DNA of 64,000 nt from an uncultured archaeon (GCA_963817525.1 CAWFOU010000007.1:64001-128000), one strand, 5' to 3'; shown: positions 40,099 to 50,400, counted from the stretch's first letter. Notes: a model not told the origin generated them from the letters alone. A program made the numbers and translations.

Positions 40099-40503
40099 CT
40101 AGGCCTGAGGCTGTGGGGGAGAGGTCGTCGCGGCTTGCTCCGCGGGCTGCTCGGTCGCTGCGGGTGCGGCCTGCGCCGCCTTGGGCGTTGCCATTGGCCC
40201 GGTCGGACGCATGTACCCGTTGTTCTCCAGCCAGTCGGCGTGGTCCTTGATGTAGCGCCAGACTATGTCGGCCCGCTTGGGGTCGAAGTCCCACGGGGAT
40301 ATCAGGACGATGTCGCCCTCGCGGATCCACATGCGCCTCTTCATCTTGCCCCTTATGCGGCACAGCCTCACCATACCGTCGGTGCACTGGACGAGGACCT
40401 GGTTTCCGCCTGAGATCTTCTGGACCCGGCCCAGGAGCTCTCCCTGCTCGGGGAGGACGAGCTCCTTCAGGTGGGCCTCGTTTAGGACCTTTCTCTTACC
40501 CAA
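40099..40503 (-). CDS. eif1a: Translation initiation factor aIF-1A
   Basis: RLCRIRGKMKRRMWIREGDIVLISPWDF; TTG start at 40503. Confidence 0.95.
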   Translation of the reverse strand: MGKRKVLNEAHLKELVLPEQGELLGRVQKISGGNQVLVQCTDGMVRLCRIRGKMKRRMWIREGDIVLISPWDFDPKRADIVWRYIKDHADWLENNGYMRPTGPMATPKAAQAAPAATEQPAEQAATTSPPQPQA

Positions 40504-40661
40504 TTGAGTCTCCTCACTTGTGAGTAGCACGCGCCGCAGAGGCTCTTGAACGACCTTGACTCCTCGTTGAAGATGACGCTGACGTGGGACCTGCACACGG
40601 GCTTGTGGCACTCGCTGCAGGTAGTCTTCGCGATGGCGTTGCAGTTACTACATCTTACCAT
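40482..40661 (-). CDS. Small Cys/His-rich zinc-finger protein (59 aa, not in ORF track)
   Basis: MVRCSNC...CSECHKPVCRSH...LCGAC; overlaps the helicase stop and the aIF1A start. Confidence 0.7.
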   Translation of the reverse strand: MVRCSNCNAIAKTTCSECHKPVCRSHVSVIFNEESRSFKSLCGACYSQVRRLNWVRERS

Positions 40662-41980
40662 GAAGAACTCCTCCCTCCCCCGCCCCTCCTGTTGCCGCTG
40701 TTGCCGCCGTTCCCGCGATAGCCGCCCCCGCGCTGCCCATGGCCGCCTCCGCCGCCTCGTCCCCTATATCCTCCACGGTATCCTCCTCCGCCCCTGCCTC
40801 CGCTGCTGTACCTGGAGTCCTGGAGCGCGGTGATGGTGGTCTTCGCCGGTATGTAGAACTGGTGCTCGGCGTCCTGCTTCCTCAGCGGGTAGATGGCCGC
40901 CTTGCTCAGCGACAGGATGCGCTCAAAGTCGCTCTGCTCGTCGCCCGAGACGAGGGTGAATGCGCGACCCCCTTCCCCGGCTCTTGCCGTCCTCCCGACC
41001 CTGTGGAAGTACAGGAGCGGGTCCTGTGGGACGTCGTAGTTGATCACGGCCTCGACCTGCGAGATGTCTAGCCCCCTGCTTGCGACGTCGGTCGCGACCA
41101 GTATGTCGGCCTTCGCGTCCCTAAAGAGGCGCATCGAGTGGTCCCTCTGGTTCTGGCTGAGGTCCCCGTGCAGCGGCACGGCGTTGAAGTATCGCTTCTG
41201 GAGCTCCCTGGCGAGCTTGTGCGCCCCATACTTGGTCCTTGCGAACACTATCGCGCTCGCAGGCCTCTCCGTCTCGAGGATGTCGACCAGCGTCTGTAGC
41301 TTGTCGTCGTACCCAGTGACCGCGTAGAACTGCTCCAGCGTGTCGGCCTGGGGCTCGTCGGCGCTCACCAGGATCTTCTCCGGGTTCTTCATGTGCCTCG
41401 CCGCGATGTCCATGATCCTTTGCGGCATGGTGGCCGAGAAGAGGCTCATCTGCCTCGGTTGAGGGATGGAGTCGAGGATGAACTCGATGTCCTCGATGAA
41501 CCCCATGTCGAGCATTGTGTCGGCCTCGTCCAATACGACGAACTTGGCCTTGCGGAGGTCGAGGGTGCCGCGCTTGATGTGGTCTATCACCCGTCCGGGC
41601 GTCCCGACGACCACGTGCACGCCGCTCCTAAGGTGGTCGAGCTGGACGTTGATGGACTGGCCTCCGTAGATGGTCAGCACGCGGACTCCCGTGTAAGCGC
41701 CCAATCGCTGGATCTCGTCCTTGATCTGCACTGCGAGCTCCCTTGTGGGGGCGAGCACGAGCGCCTGGACCTCGTTCCTCGCGGGGTCGATGGCTTGCAG
41801 CATAGGCAAGCCGAAGGCGGCGGTCTTTCCGCTGCCGGTTTTCGCCTGTCCAATAATGTCTCGTCCCGCTAATAGGGGCCCGATCGCAAGCTGTTGGATA
41901 GGGAAGGGTTTCTCAAACCCTGCTTCGTCTACGCCCCTCAATATCTGGGGGCGTAGTTCCAATTCCTTGAAACTGTTCAT
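40655..41980 (-). CDS. DEAD-box RNA helicase
   Basis: Q motif, AKTGSGKT, PTRELA, DEAD, SAT, HRVGRTAR, RGG-rich tail. Confidence 0.96.
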   Translation of the reverse strand: MNSFKELELRPQILRGVDEAGFEKPFPIQQLAIGPLLAGRDIIGQAKTGSGKTAAFGLPMLQAIDPARNEVQALVLAPTRELAVQIKDEIQRLGAYTGVRVLTIYGGQSINVQLDHLRSGVHVVVGTPGRVIDHIKRGTLDLRKAKFVVLDEADTMLDMGFIEDIEFILDSIPQPRQMSLFSATMPQRIMDIAARHMKNPEKILVSADEPQADTLEQFYAVTGYDDKLQTLVDILETERPASAIVFARTKYGAHKLARELQKRYFNAVPLHGDLSQNQRDHSMRLFRDAKADILVATDVASRGLDISQVEAVINYDVPQDPLLYFHRVGRTARAGEGGRAFTLVSGDEQSDFERILSLSKAAIYPLRKQDAEHQFYIPAKTTITALQDSRYSSGGRGGGGYRGGYRGRGGGGGHGQRGGGYRGNGGNSGNRRGGGGRSSSW

Positions 41981-42242
41981 TTTCTCTTGTTTCCACGGCA
42001 AATTCGTTCTCAGAGAATCAGAAGCGTCATCGTCTTTCACGTCGCCGCATATCCGAATCAACTCAGCCGAGTTTGCAGTGAATTATGTTTCCGTCCTTGT
42101 TGTATTTAAGGATTTGACGACATCCGCAAGAAATTCTTGGGTTTTCTGACGCAGCCCGGGTCGCGGCTCGAAGACCGTTCTCGGTGAACACCCAACAGTA
42201 ATCTAGGATGCGGCTCCCACGCCGGAGGGGAGGAAGACAGGG

Positions 42243-43703
42243 ATAGCCTCAGCCGAAACCATCATCGCGGGGTTCCTGATAATTACGGTAGTGGCGTCCA
42301 TCGTCTCGCGAAGGACCCGGATCCCGTACACCGTGTTCATGGTGGTCCTGGGGATCGCACTCGCGACATTCTCCGCGTCGTCCATATTCGGGGTCAACCT
42401 CATCTTCAACAACCTGGTGGGCGGCGGGTACTTCGTCGCGCTGGTCCTGCCTCCCTTGCTCTTCGAGGCCATGATGAACATCAGGTCGACGGAGCTCAGG
42501 ACGGTGATCAACCCCGCCCTCGCGCTAGCGACTGTCGGCGTGGTGATTTCGACGGTCGTCGCCGGCCTCGCGCTCTCGACCCTGGCAGGCATCCCGCTCG
42601 GCGTGGCGTTCCTCTTCGGCGCCCTCATCGCCCCCACCGACACCGCCACCGTCCTCGAGATATTCAGGAGGGTCAAGGTCCCGGCGAGGCTCTCGGCGCT
42701 CATGCAGACTGAGGCGTCCTTCAACGACGCCACCGGCATACTGGTCTTCTCGGTCGTCCTCACCTCCATCACCGTGTCCCACCCCTCCCCTGTCAGCGCG
42801 CTCTCGCAGTTCGGACTCCTGCTGGGCGGCGGGGCGCTCGTGGGCCTGCTCGTCGGGTTCGGCTCGGAGATGCTCTCGAGCTTCGTCGACGACACCCTCT
42901 CAGAGACAATAATCACGGTGGTATGCGTCTACGGCTCGTACTCCCTGGCGAGCTACCTCGGGGTGTCCGGCCTCATCGCGGTGGCCGTGGCGGGGCTGTA
43001 TTTCGGCAACCTGACGATGCGCGCCACCGTGGTCCAGAAGGCCAGGGGGACGATCAAGTCCTTCTGGCAGACCATCGCGTTCGTGGCCAACTCGCTGGCC
43101 TTCCTCTTCATAGGGCTGAGCACCGACATCACCCAGCTCGCGGCGGGCGCGCTGGCCATCGGCGTGGCGTTCCTCGCCGTGAGCATAGCGCGCGTGGCCT
43201 CCGTCTATCCGATCCTGGGCCTGTTCTCGATAGCGGGAGCGAAGATCCCCCGCTCCTGGAGGAACGCGGCGGCGCTGGGCGGGATGAAGGGGGCGCTCTC
43301 GATAGTGCTCGTCGCGTCGATACCGAGCGCGGTGGAGCAGCGGAGCACGATAACCACAATGGTGCTCGGGGTCGCGTTCCTCTCAATAACCCTGCAGGGG
43401 TCGGTCCTCTTCAGGTACGTGGACTCGAGGTTCCCGAAGGGGCCCAAGGCCGCGAAGAGCGAGGCGGATGCCAAGCTTACGACCACCCTCTCGGAGCTGG
43501 AGGAACTCCGTAAGCTGAAGGCCAAGGGCGAGATTGCAGATGACGAGTTCGCCTTCTGGATGAGCCAGAGGGAGAAGGAGCTCGCGCAGCTCGTCGAGGA
43601 GATGAAGGTGACGAACCAGACCACCAAGCTCGTGAGGGCGAGGTGGAAGGGCCTCGTCTCCCTCTTCGGCAGGAGGAAGAGGAAGAAGAGAGCAAAATCG
43701 TGA
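42243..43703 (+). CDS. Na+/H+ antiporter (CPA1/NhaP family)
   Basis: LPPLLFE, APTD, EASFNDATG, GGMKGALS; first TM extends upstream of GTG 42291, start uncertain. Confidence 0.9.
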   Translation: MASAETIIAGFLIITVVASIVSRRTRIPYTVFMVVLGIALATFSASSIFGVNLIFNNLVGGGYFVALVLPPLLFEAMMNIRSTELRTVINPALALATVGVVISTVVAGLALSTLAGIPLGVAFLFGALIAPTDTATVLEIFRRVKVPARLSALMQTEASFNDATGILVFSVVLTSITVSHPSPVSALSQFGLLLGGGALVGLLVGFGSEMLSSFVDDTLSETIITVVCVYGSYSLASYLGVSGLIAVAVAGLYFGNLTMRATVVQKARGTIKSFWQTIAFVANSLAFLFIGLSTDITQLAAGALAIGVAFLAVSIARVASVYPILGLFSIAGAKIPRSWRNAAALGGMKGALSIVLVASIPSAVEQRSTITTMVLGVAFLSITLQGSVLFRYVDSRFPKGPKAAKSEADAKLTTTLSELEELRKLKAKGEIADDEFAFWMSQREKELAQLVEEMKVTNQTTKLVRARWKGLVSLFGRRKRKKRAKS

Positions 43704-43740
43704 AGAAACAGTTATCTCGATTGGAAGCCTGTTCTGACTC

Positions 43741-44277
43741 ATGAGCCCCGTCGACCCCTCGGAGGTCTACCGCCTCTTCTATCCGGCGGTACCCGTGATA
43801 GTCAGCTGCAGCGACGGAGGGGTGGTCTACGCGATGCCCGCGGTCTCCGTGATCCCCCTCTCCAACGACCCACCGCTGGTCGGCGTGTCGTCCTCCCCCG
43901 GACACGCCACCCACCAGGCGGTCCTGAATGCCGGGCGCTTCTCCTTGTCGTGGGTGGACGCCTCCCTCGTAAAGTCGCTGGAGGTGCTGGGGACCACCTC
44001 GCACGGCGTCCCCGACAAGCTCCGGGCGGCCGGACTGAAGCACTCGCGCGGAAGGAAGCTCGACGTCCCGATAGTCAAGGGCGCGGCCGCGTCGCTCGAG
44101 TGCTCGCTTGACGCGAGGCAGCCCTTGGGGGACCACGAGCTGCTGATAGGCAAGGTGCTCGATGCCAGGGCAACCGAGGACTTTCAGGGATACTGGAGGT
44201 TCGAGTCGTATAGGCCCGTCCTCTATGCGGGCATCCAGGGCGGGTCGTTCAAGACCTACCCTCCCCGACGCGCGTAG
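43741..44277 (+). CDS. Flavin reductase-like FMN-binding protein
   Basis: YPAVPV, S.DPPLVGV, LECSL, GDHELLIG. Confidence 0.88.
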   Translation: MSPVDPSEVYRLFYPAVPVIVSCSDGGVVYAMPAVSVIPLSNDPPLVGVSSSPGHATHQAVLNAGRFSLSWVDASLVKSLEVLGTTSHGVPDKLRAAGLKHSRGRKLDVPIVKGAAASLECSLDARQPLGDHELLIGKVLDARATEDFQGYWRFESYRPVLYAGIQGGSFKTYPPRRA

Positions 44278-44278
44278 C

Positions 44279-44932
44279 TCAGACGAGACGGATCGAGGGG
44301 GACTTTAGCCCGTTGAGCTTGCTCGCGTTGAGGAGGGCGGGCGTGATGGCCTCCACCAACCGGGTGGCCGACAGCGGTCCCGCGTACAAGGGTCTGAGCT
44401 TCCCCACAGACGAGACGACCGCGGCGGCCTCCGCGTACACCTCCCTGGTGTCGGCCGTGACCAGGACGTCATAGGCGAGCTCCTCGTCGAGCTGCGCGAG
44501 CTTTGGGGCCGGGACCGTGTGGAACGCGGCCGCGACCCTCGAGCCGGGAAGCGCCCTCGAGACGCGCTCCGCCGCCGAGTCGGCGTTGAGGGCCACCGAG
44601 AAGATCCCGTTGGTGACCACCATTGGGACGATGGGAGAGATCACCAGCTTCTCCATCAGGCTGGGGGCGAGGGAGGCCAGAAAGTCGGGCGAAGGGAGCT
44701 CAGGGACTGCGAGTATCGCAGTGTCGCACCAACGCGCGGCCTCCTCGTTGGCCTTCGCCTCGATGCGGACGCGAGACATCGCGGTGCCCTTCGCCGCCGC
44801 CGCCGCGGCCCTGTCGGGGTCGCGCGAGCCAATCGCCACGGAGTAGGCCTTGGACAGCCTGACAGCGAGCCCGAACCCGAGGTCGCCCGTCCCGCCCAAC
44901 ACCGCTATCTTGGCCTTGGCTGCCCTACTCAT
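44279..44932 (-). CDS. npdG: NADPH-dependent F420 reductase
   Basis: GGTGDLGFGLA, IGSR, SAAE, AAFHTV, AGPL. Confidence 0.85.
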   Translation of the reverse strand: MSRAAKAKIAVLGGTGDLGFGLAVRLSKAYSVAIGSRDPDRAAAAAAKGTAMSRVRIEAKANEEAARWCDTAILAVPELPSPDFLASLAPSLMEKLVISPIVPMVVTNGIFSVALNADSAAERVSRALPGSRVAAAFHTVPAPKLAQLDEELAYDVLVTADTREVYAEAAAVVSSVGKLRPLYAGPLSATRLVEAITPALLNASKLNGLKSPSIRLV

Positions 44933-45632
44933 TCTCCTCGACCTCCTCGAGCTTCCCTTGCTCCGCGCCGCCCTGTTCCTGCCACCCGGCGTGCTTTGCG
45001 TCGAGGACGTGCGCGATCTTCGAGGCTCGCTTGGAGCCCACACCCGGGATCATCGCGAACTGCGCCTCCGTGAGGGTCATCACCTTTCTGGGGGTGCCGT
45101 ACCTTGCGAGCATCCTCTTAGCGGTCTTCATCCCCACCCCGGGCAGCGAGGAGACGAAGTAAAGCTGCTGCTGCGCCTCGTCCTTGCTCTTCGGGGGGCT
45201 CTGCAGGATGCCCGGGGGGATGGGCCTCGCCCTGCTGTTCTTCACGAGGGCTGCGATCGCGAGGGCGGTCTCGTCGGGGTTCGCGGTGTGCATCAGCCTT
45301 AGGTCGTACGCCAGCGTCACGGACGCTATCGCGCCGTAATAGGATGCCAAGTTCTTGACCATCCCGCCCACCTTGCTGACGTCCCCCTCGACGATGATGT
45401 ACGGCTTCCTGTAGGAGCTGGCGAGGCCCGAGGCCTGGGCGAAGAGCCTCCCGTCGTAGACGGATGAGACGAAGTCTCCGATCGACTTGCGCTCCGCAGC
45501 TATCTCGGGGTTGACCACGTAGTCCCCGACGGCGAGCCGGGTGAAGTAGACGCGGACGTCCAGCTTCGAGAGCTTGTCGGGGACGCCACTCGCTCTCTCC
45601 CTCTCGTCCGCGATAACCCTGGGAAGTATCAT
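44925..45632 (-). CDS. xpf: Short XPF/ERCC4 endonuclease with HhH2
   Basis: ADERE, GDY, ERKS..DF..S..DGRL, two PGVG HhH motifs. Confidence 0.9.
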   Translation of the reverse strand: MILPRVIADERERASGVPDKLSKLDVRVYFTRLAVGDYVVNPEIAAERKSIGDFVSSVYDGRLFAQASGLASSYRKPYIIVEGDVSKVGGMVKNLASYYGAIASVTLAYDLRLMHTANPDETALAIAALVKNSRARPIPPGILQSPPKSKDEAQQQLYFVSSLPGVGMKTAKRMLARYGTPRKVMTLTEAQFAMIPGVGSKRASKIAHVLDAKHAGWQEQGGAEQGKLEEVEENE

Positions 45633-45637
45633 CGCAC

Positions 45638-46381
45638 TCAGACCCTGAAGTAAACGGGGTGGTAAATATAGAGTGCCACGGCGGAGAAAATGAGAAGGCT
45701 CACAAGGACCACGGCGAGGTCGTACCACCTGAGGCGCATCCCGTAGAGGGACGTGGGCTTCGGGGTCGAGCCGTAGGCCCGCGACTCCATCGCCTCTGCC
45801 AGCTCCCCGCTCCTGATGACCGAGTTGACGACGAGCGGGATGAGGACGGGGACGAGGTTCCTGACGCGCCTGACGACGTTCCCCCTCTCGAACTCCAGGC
45901 CCCTCGACTTTTGGGCGTCCATTATCTGGAAGGCGTCGAGCATGACCACCGGGATGAACCTCACGGCGGTCACGAAGGCGAAGACGACGTCGCGGGGCAC
46001 CCTCATCCACTTCATGATCTGCTCCAGCTCGTCGGGCGAGGTGGTGACGAAGAAGAGGCTCGTCGAGGCGATTATCGCGAGGAATCGCAGCGAGTATAGG
46101 AACGCGTCTAGGAGCCCGAGCCCGACGAGGAAGTTCACCGCGAAGATGAAGACCGCAAAGAGACCGGAGAAGGCGACCGTCCTCCCGATCCTCCGGAGGG
46201 ACTTTGCGACGCCCGCGACGAGGAGGATGCTGAGCAGGACGATGGACACCGCCTCGACGGTCGAGGTGAGGAGGGCGAGGACGAAGAACTCAAGCGCGAC
46301 CAGGAGCTTGACCCGGGGGTCGAGCCTGTGGAAGGGGGAGCTGACCCGCCTGAAGAGGAACCCCGCGGAGAGCCAGTACAT
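45638..46381 (-). CDS. ecfT: ECF transporter T component
   Basis: LDPRVK, RFIP, AQKSRG, AMESRAY. Confidence 0.92.
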   Translation of the reverse strand: MYWLSAGFLFRRVSSPFHRLDPRVKLLVALEFFVLALLTSTVEAVSIVLLSILLVAGVAKSLRRIGRTVAFSGLFAVFIFAVNFLVGLGLLDAFLYSLRFLAIIASTSLFFVTTSPDELEQIMKWMRVPRDVVFAFVTAVRFIPVVMLDAFQIMDAQKSRGLEFERGNVVRRVRNLVPVLIPLVVNSVIRSGELAEAMESRAYGSTPKPTSLYGMRLRWYDLAVVLVSLLIFSAVALYIYHPVYFRV

Positions 46382-46385
46382 GGCC

Positions 46386-47216
46386 CTAGCGCGCCTCCTT
46401 CCCCGCCTGCCTCCGCGCGACCCAGTCGCGGGCGTCGTTGACCTCCAGGAACGGGGCCGGCGGCCTCTCCCTGAGCCCCGAGTAGAGCCTGAGGAGCTGG
46501 GGCTGGGTGACCCTCGCCCCCTCGAGGAGCGCGCGGTCGCCCATAATCTCGGCGATGGGGCCGTCGGCGACGATCCTCCCCCCCGACATCACGACCAGCC
46601 GCGGCTGGATGGGCCAGAGGAACTCGACGTCGTGAGAGACTATGATGATCGTCTTGCCCGTCGACTGGAGCATCTTGAAAATCTGCGAGAGCTTCTCCTT
46701 CTGGAGGGCGTCCTGGCCCACCGTGGGCTCGTCGAGGACGACCACCTCGGGGTCCCACGCGAGGATGCATGCGAGGGTGAGCCTCTTCTTCTCCCCCCCG
46801 CTGAGGATGAGGGGGGAGGACTTGCGATACTGCTCGAGCCCGAAGAAGCCGAGAGCCCAGTCGAGCCTCCTCGCGACCAGCTCCTCGGGGAACCCGAAGT
46901 TCCTCAGGGCGAAGCTCACCTCGCTCTCGACGCTGTCTGAGAAGAGCTGGTGGTCCGGGTTCTGGAAGGCGATCCCGACCTTCCGGGAGAGGGTCGCGGT
47001 GGTCGTCCCGCGGGTGTCGGCTCCGTCGACGAGCACCGAGCCCCTGGTCGGCTTGAGCAGGCCGTTGGTGTGCCTTACCAGGGTGGTCTTCCCTGCCCCG
47101 TTCTCGCCGACTATCGCGACGGTCTCCCCCTTCCCGAAGGAGAGGTTCACGCCAGAGAGCGCGGTCACGCCGGTCCGATGGACGAAGGAGACGTCCCTGA
47201 ACTCTATGAGGGTCAG
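46386..47216 (-). CDS. ecfA2: ECF transporter ATPase A2
   Basis: GENGAGKTT, FQNPDHQ, LSGGEKKR, DEPT; probable CTG start overlapping the upstream TGA. Confidence 0.9.
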   Translation of the reverse strand: MTLIEFRDVSFVHRTGVTALSGVNLSFGKGETVAIVGENGAGKTTLVRHTNGLLKPTRGSVLVDGADTRGTTTATLSRKVGIAFQNPDHQLFSDSVESEVSFALRNFGFPEELVARRLDWALGFFGLEQYRKSSPLILSGGEKKRLTLACILAWDPEVVVLDEPTVGQDALQKEKLSQIFKMLQSTGKTIIIVSHDVEFLWPIQPRLVVMSGGRIVADGPIAEIMGDRALLEGARVTQPQLLRLYSGLRERPPAPFLEVNDARDWVARRQAGKEAR

Positions 47217-48103
47217 AGCCCGTTCAGCTCCTCGGTCATCTCCTCGGGGGTCTCGGGGACCCTGGGGAGCCCCACCCCATCCCGCGTGAGGGCAGTGTAT
47301 AGCCTCGAGACGGGCGGGACGCTCACGCCGTAGGCCTCGACCCTCGGGTCGGCGAGGACCTCGCGAGGAGCCCCGTCCATCACCTTGGCGCCCCGGTCCA
47401 GGACGACGAGCCTGTGGGCGATGGGGACGAGGAGCTCGAGCCTGTGCTCCACGACGATGAAGGTTATCCCGAGCTCGCGGTTGAGCCTCTCGATGAGCGA
47501 GACGACCTCCAGCGCGGTCTTGGGGTCGAGGAGGGAGGTCGGCTCGTCCAGGATTATCAGCTTGGGGCGCATGGCTATCACCCCGGCGAGGGCCGTCCGC
47601 TGCTTCTGGCCGTCGGAGAGCTCGTGCGGGGCCCTGAGTGCGAGGTCGGAGATGCCCAGGAGCCGCATGGCCTCGTCGACGCGTGACCTCATCTCCGGCC
47701 TCGGGACGGAGAGGTTCTGGAGGCCGAAGGCGACGTCCCTCTCGACGGAGAACATGAATATCTGGTTCTCCGGGTTCTGGAAGAGGAGGCCCACGCTCTG
47801 GGAGAGTTCGCTCATCGACGTCTTCGCGACCTCGAGGCCGCCGACGGAGACGCTCCCCCGGTAGTCTCCGGGGTACATGTGGGGGATCAAGCCGTTGATG
47901 CAGCGGAGGAGCGTGGACTTGCCGCACCCGCTGGGGCCGGCGAGCACGACCACCTCGCCCTGGCCGATCTCTAGCCTCACGTCCCTCAGGACGGGGTCTT
48001 TCGAGTCGGGATAGCGGAACGAGAGGCCCTGCACGGAGGTGATGACCCTCCTCCCGCCGAGCGTCCTCGCGCCTCCCGTCGACCCGGAGAACTCTGCGGC
48101 CAT
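47213..48103 (-). CDS. ecfA1: ECF transporter ATPase A1
   Basis: GPSGCGKST, FQNPENQ, LSDGQKQR, DEPT. Confidence 0.9.
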   Translation of the reverse strand: MAAEFSGSTGGARTLGGRRVITSVQGLSFRYPDSKDPVLRDVRLEIGQGEVVVLAGPSGCGKSTLLRCINGLIPHMYPGDYRGSVSVGGLEVAKTSMSELSQSVGLLFQNPENQIFMFSVERDVAFGLQNLSVPRPEMRSRVDEAMRLLGISDLALRAPHELSDGQKQRTALAGVIAMRPKLIILDEPTSLLDPKTALEVVSLIERLNRELGITFIVVEHRLELLVPIAHRLVVLDRGAKVMDGAPREVLADPRVEAYGVSVPPVSRLYTALTRDGVGLPRVPETPEEMTEELNGL

Positions 48104-48160
48104 TACTACTTTCTTGGTCGCTACCAAATTCTTATTAAAGTCAGCGGTCGCGGGTGACAC

Positions 48161-48850
48161 GTGCAAAAGGGGAGGTTCGGCGGGCTGGACAGCGTGTCCC
48201 TCGGCGGCATCGCCGTGTTCGGGGCCTTGGCGGTCGTCCTTACCACGCTCTCGCACGCGCTCGGCCTGGACTTCCCACTCATCCCGTACCTCCAGTTCGA
48301 CTTTGGGGAGATCGCGATACTCCTCGCGTTCTTCATCTTCGGTCCGGTCCCCGGACTGGTCGCGGCCTTCATCGAGTTCCTCACCCTGATGATCCTCGGG
48401 CAGAACGCGCCAATAGGCCCGGTCCTGAAGCTGGTCTCGATACTCGCGTCCATCGGCGGCATCTGGCTGGGGACCGTGGTGGTCTCCCGCTCCCGCAGCC
48501 CGAGCTTCGGCAAGGCGGCCGCGCTGGGCACGTCCCTCGGGATAGTCTCGAGGGTGGTCTTCCTCACGATAGCCAACTACTACCTGATCGTCTACTTCGG
48601 AGGAGAGTACGCGCTGAGCGGTCTCGTCCCCTACCTCGCGGGGACGTTCAAGCTGGTCGGCGTGACGCTCACACCGGGGAACGGGCTGGAGCTCATCCTG
48701 GCCTTCACCGCGATCTTCAACGTCCTGCAGCTCGCCTTCGTAGCGGGCGTGACCTCCTTCCTTGTCGGGCTCCCCCAGCTCCAGTCCACGAGGGCGGCGG
48801 GGAGGACCCTCTGGGTCGTCTCCTATCTGCGCGCCCGCAACCAGGCCTAG
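48161..48850 (+). CDS. ECF transporter substrate-binding S component
   Basis: FPLIPYLQFDFGEI...FGP motif, multiple TMs, divergent from the ecf operon. Confidence 0.85.
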   Translation: MQKGRFGGLDSVSLGGIAVFGALAVVLTTLSHALGLDFPLIPYLQFDFGEIAILLAFFIFGPVPGLVAAFIEFLTLMILGQNAPIGPVLKLVSILASIGGIWLGTVVVSRSRSPSFGKAAALGTSLGIVSRVVFLTIANYYLIVYFGGEYALSGLVPYLAGTFKLVGVTLTPGNGLELILAFTAIFNVLQLAFVAGVTSFLVGLPQLQSTRAAGRTLWVVSYLRARNQA

Positions 48851-49845
48851 CGTATCTCCGTCGGTTTTTCCTTGAGGAGCGAGGCCAGGAGCGCCAGGGC
48901 GCCCTCGGCCGCCTTGTCCTCCGGTAGCGAGCACGTGAACGACGCCGCAGTGGGGTGCCCGCCTCCGAACCCGGCTTCCTTGGCGATGGCGGCGGCCACG
49001 TCGGTCCCCAGGTGGATCTTGGTCGAGTCCCAGAACCTCTGGTTGGCGCGCAGGCTCCCCCTCGTCTCGCCACCCGTCTCCCCCGTGACGATGGCCACGT
49101 CAGCGCCCATGGAGACCAGCGACCTCGCGACGTTGGACTGGAAGGAGCCGACGGTGGTCGTCACGACGACCCAGCCCGCGACCTTGTACGGCTTCAGCCT
49201 CCTGGCCGACTTTAGCTTCGCCACAACCTCGCCGTAGTCAGGGGGAGAGCGTAGGAGGAGCCTGGCGTCGTCTATGCTGGCCCCCCGGTCCAACAGCCCG
49301 ACGACCTCCCTCAGCGTGCCCTCCTTCGCTATGAGCAGGTGCTGCGAGTCGAACATTATCCCGAGGAGGATGGCCTGGGCCGTCTGCGCCTCCATCTGCA
49401 CGCCAAGGTCCCTGAAGAGCCTCGCGACTATCTCTGAGGCGGACGAGGAGGCGGGGTCCACGACCATGTGGTCGTAGGGGGAGCCCTCCTGGATCGGGTG
49501 GTGGTCGATGAGGACCTTCACTCCGCGGCTCGCCTTGAGCTGTCCCGACCAATCCTTGAGCAGCTCGGTGTGCCCGATGTCCACGGCCACGAGGAGGTCA
49601 TAGTCTGCGCCGTCCCCACCCCCCTCCACGAGGTTCTCCAGCTTGAACGACTCAGCCAGCCTGCGCGTGAGGAGGCTCATCCCGTCGGGGAGGATGACGT
49701 CCACCCTCGCGGCGGGGGAGGTCTTTGCCATCAGGCGGGTTATGGCGAACGCGGACATGTACGCGTCCGGGTCGGCGTGCCTGTGGCATATCACCCCGAC
49801 CCGCTTGATCGCCTCGGGCGCTACGAAGGGGAAGGAATCGGTCAT
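48847..49845 (-). CDS. DHH/DHHA1 phosphoesterase
   Basis: H..ADPDA, VD, IDHH, GGGHPTAA. Confidence 0.92.
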   Translation of the reverse strand: MTDSFPFVAPEAIKRVGVICHRHADPDAYMSAFAITRLMAKTSPAARVDVILPDGMSLLTRRLAESFKLENLVEGGGDGADYDLLVAVDIGHTELLKDWSGQLKASRGVKVLIDHHPIQEGSPYDHMVVDPASSSASEIVARLFRDLGVQMEAQTAQAILLGIMFDSQHLLIAKEGTLREVVGLLDRGASIDDARLLLRSPPDYGEVVAKLKSARRLKPYKVAGWVVVTTTVGSFQSNVARSLVSMGADVAIVTGETGGETRGSLRANQRFWDSTKIHLGTDVAAAIAKEAGFGGGHPTAASFTCSLPEDKAAEGALALLASLLKEKPTEIR

Positions 49846-49913
49846 CCTTTCACGCAACCCTGCGGCTCAGGGCCGCAGCCGGTTGAGCGCGCGGTGCGTC
49901 CCGGCGAGCATGG

Positions 49914-50300
49914 TCAGGACGAGTCCTTCCGGTCCGCCTGCGAGGATTGCGTCCTTCCCTTTAGCATGTCGTCGATCTTCGTCTGGAGGTCCTTCAGGCT
50001 CTCCTTGAAGCGGGTCTCCTGCTTCCCGAGCACCAGCGACCTCGTGTTCGAGATCTCCTTCTTCTCCTGGAGCTCCTTGGTTATGGCGTCCTTGGTGACC
50101 TTTATCAGCAGGTTGCCGGCGTACTTGTAGATCTGCTCGCCCTCGGGGGTGGTCTTCAGCTCCTCGAGCGCCCTGTCCGTCTCGGAAAGCTCGGCCTCCA
50201 CCTGTTGCTTCTGCATCTGCACCGCTTGCAGGTTCTGCTGGAGCTGCTCCAGCCTGGCGAGCTGCTCCCTCAGCCACGGAGGTATCTCTTGCTGGCTCAA
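49914..50300 (-). CDS. pfdB: Prefoldin beta subunit
   Basis: IPPWLREQ, coiled coils, IYKYAGNLL; TTG start with own BRE/TATA (GAAGCCTTTATTTA). Confidence 0.93.
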   Translation of the reverse strand: MSQQEIPPWLREQLARLEQLQQNLQAVQMQKQQVEAELSETDRALEELKTTPEGEQIYKYAGNLLIKVTKDAITKELQEKKEISNTRSLVLGKQETRFKESLKDLQTKIDDMLKGRTQSSQADRKDSS

Positions 50301-50400
50301 TATTTCCTTGTCCGCGACCTTCGCGAGAGTAAATAAAGGCTTCAGGGTTTGGTTCTGTAACTGTTCGCGTGTGGGCGGATTAATACCGCTACAGCATATG

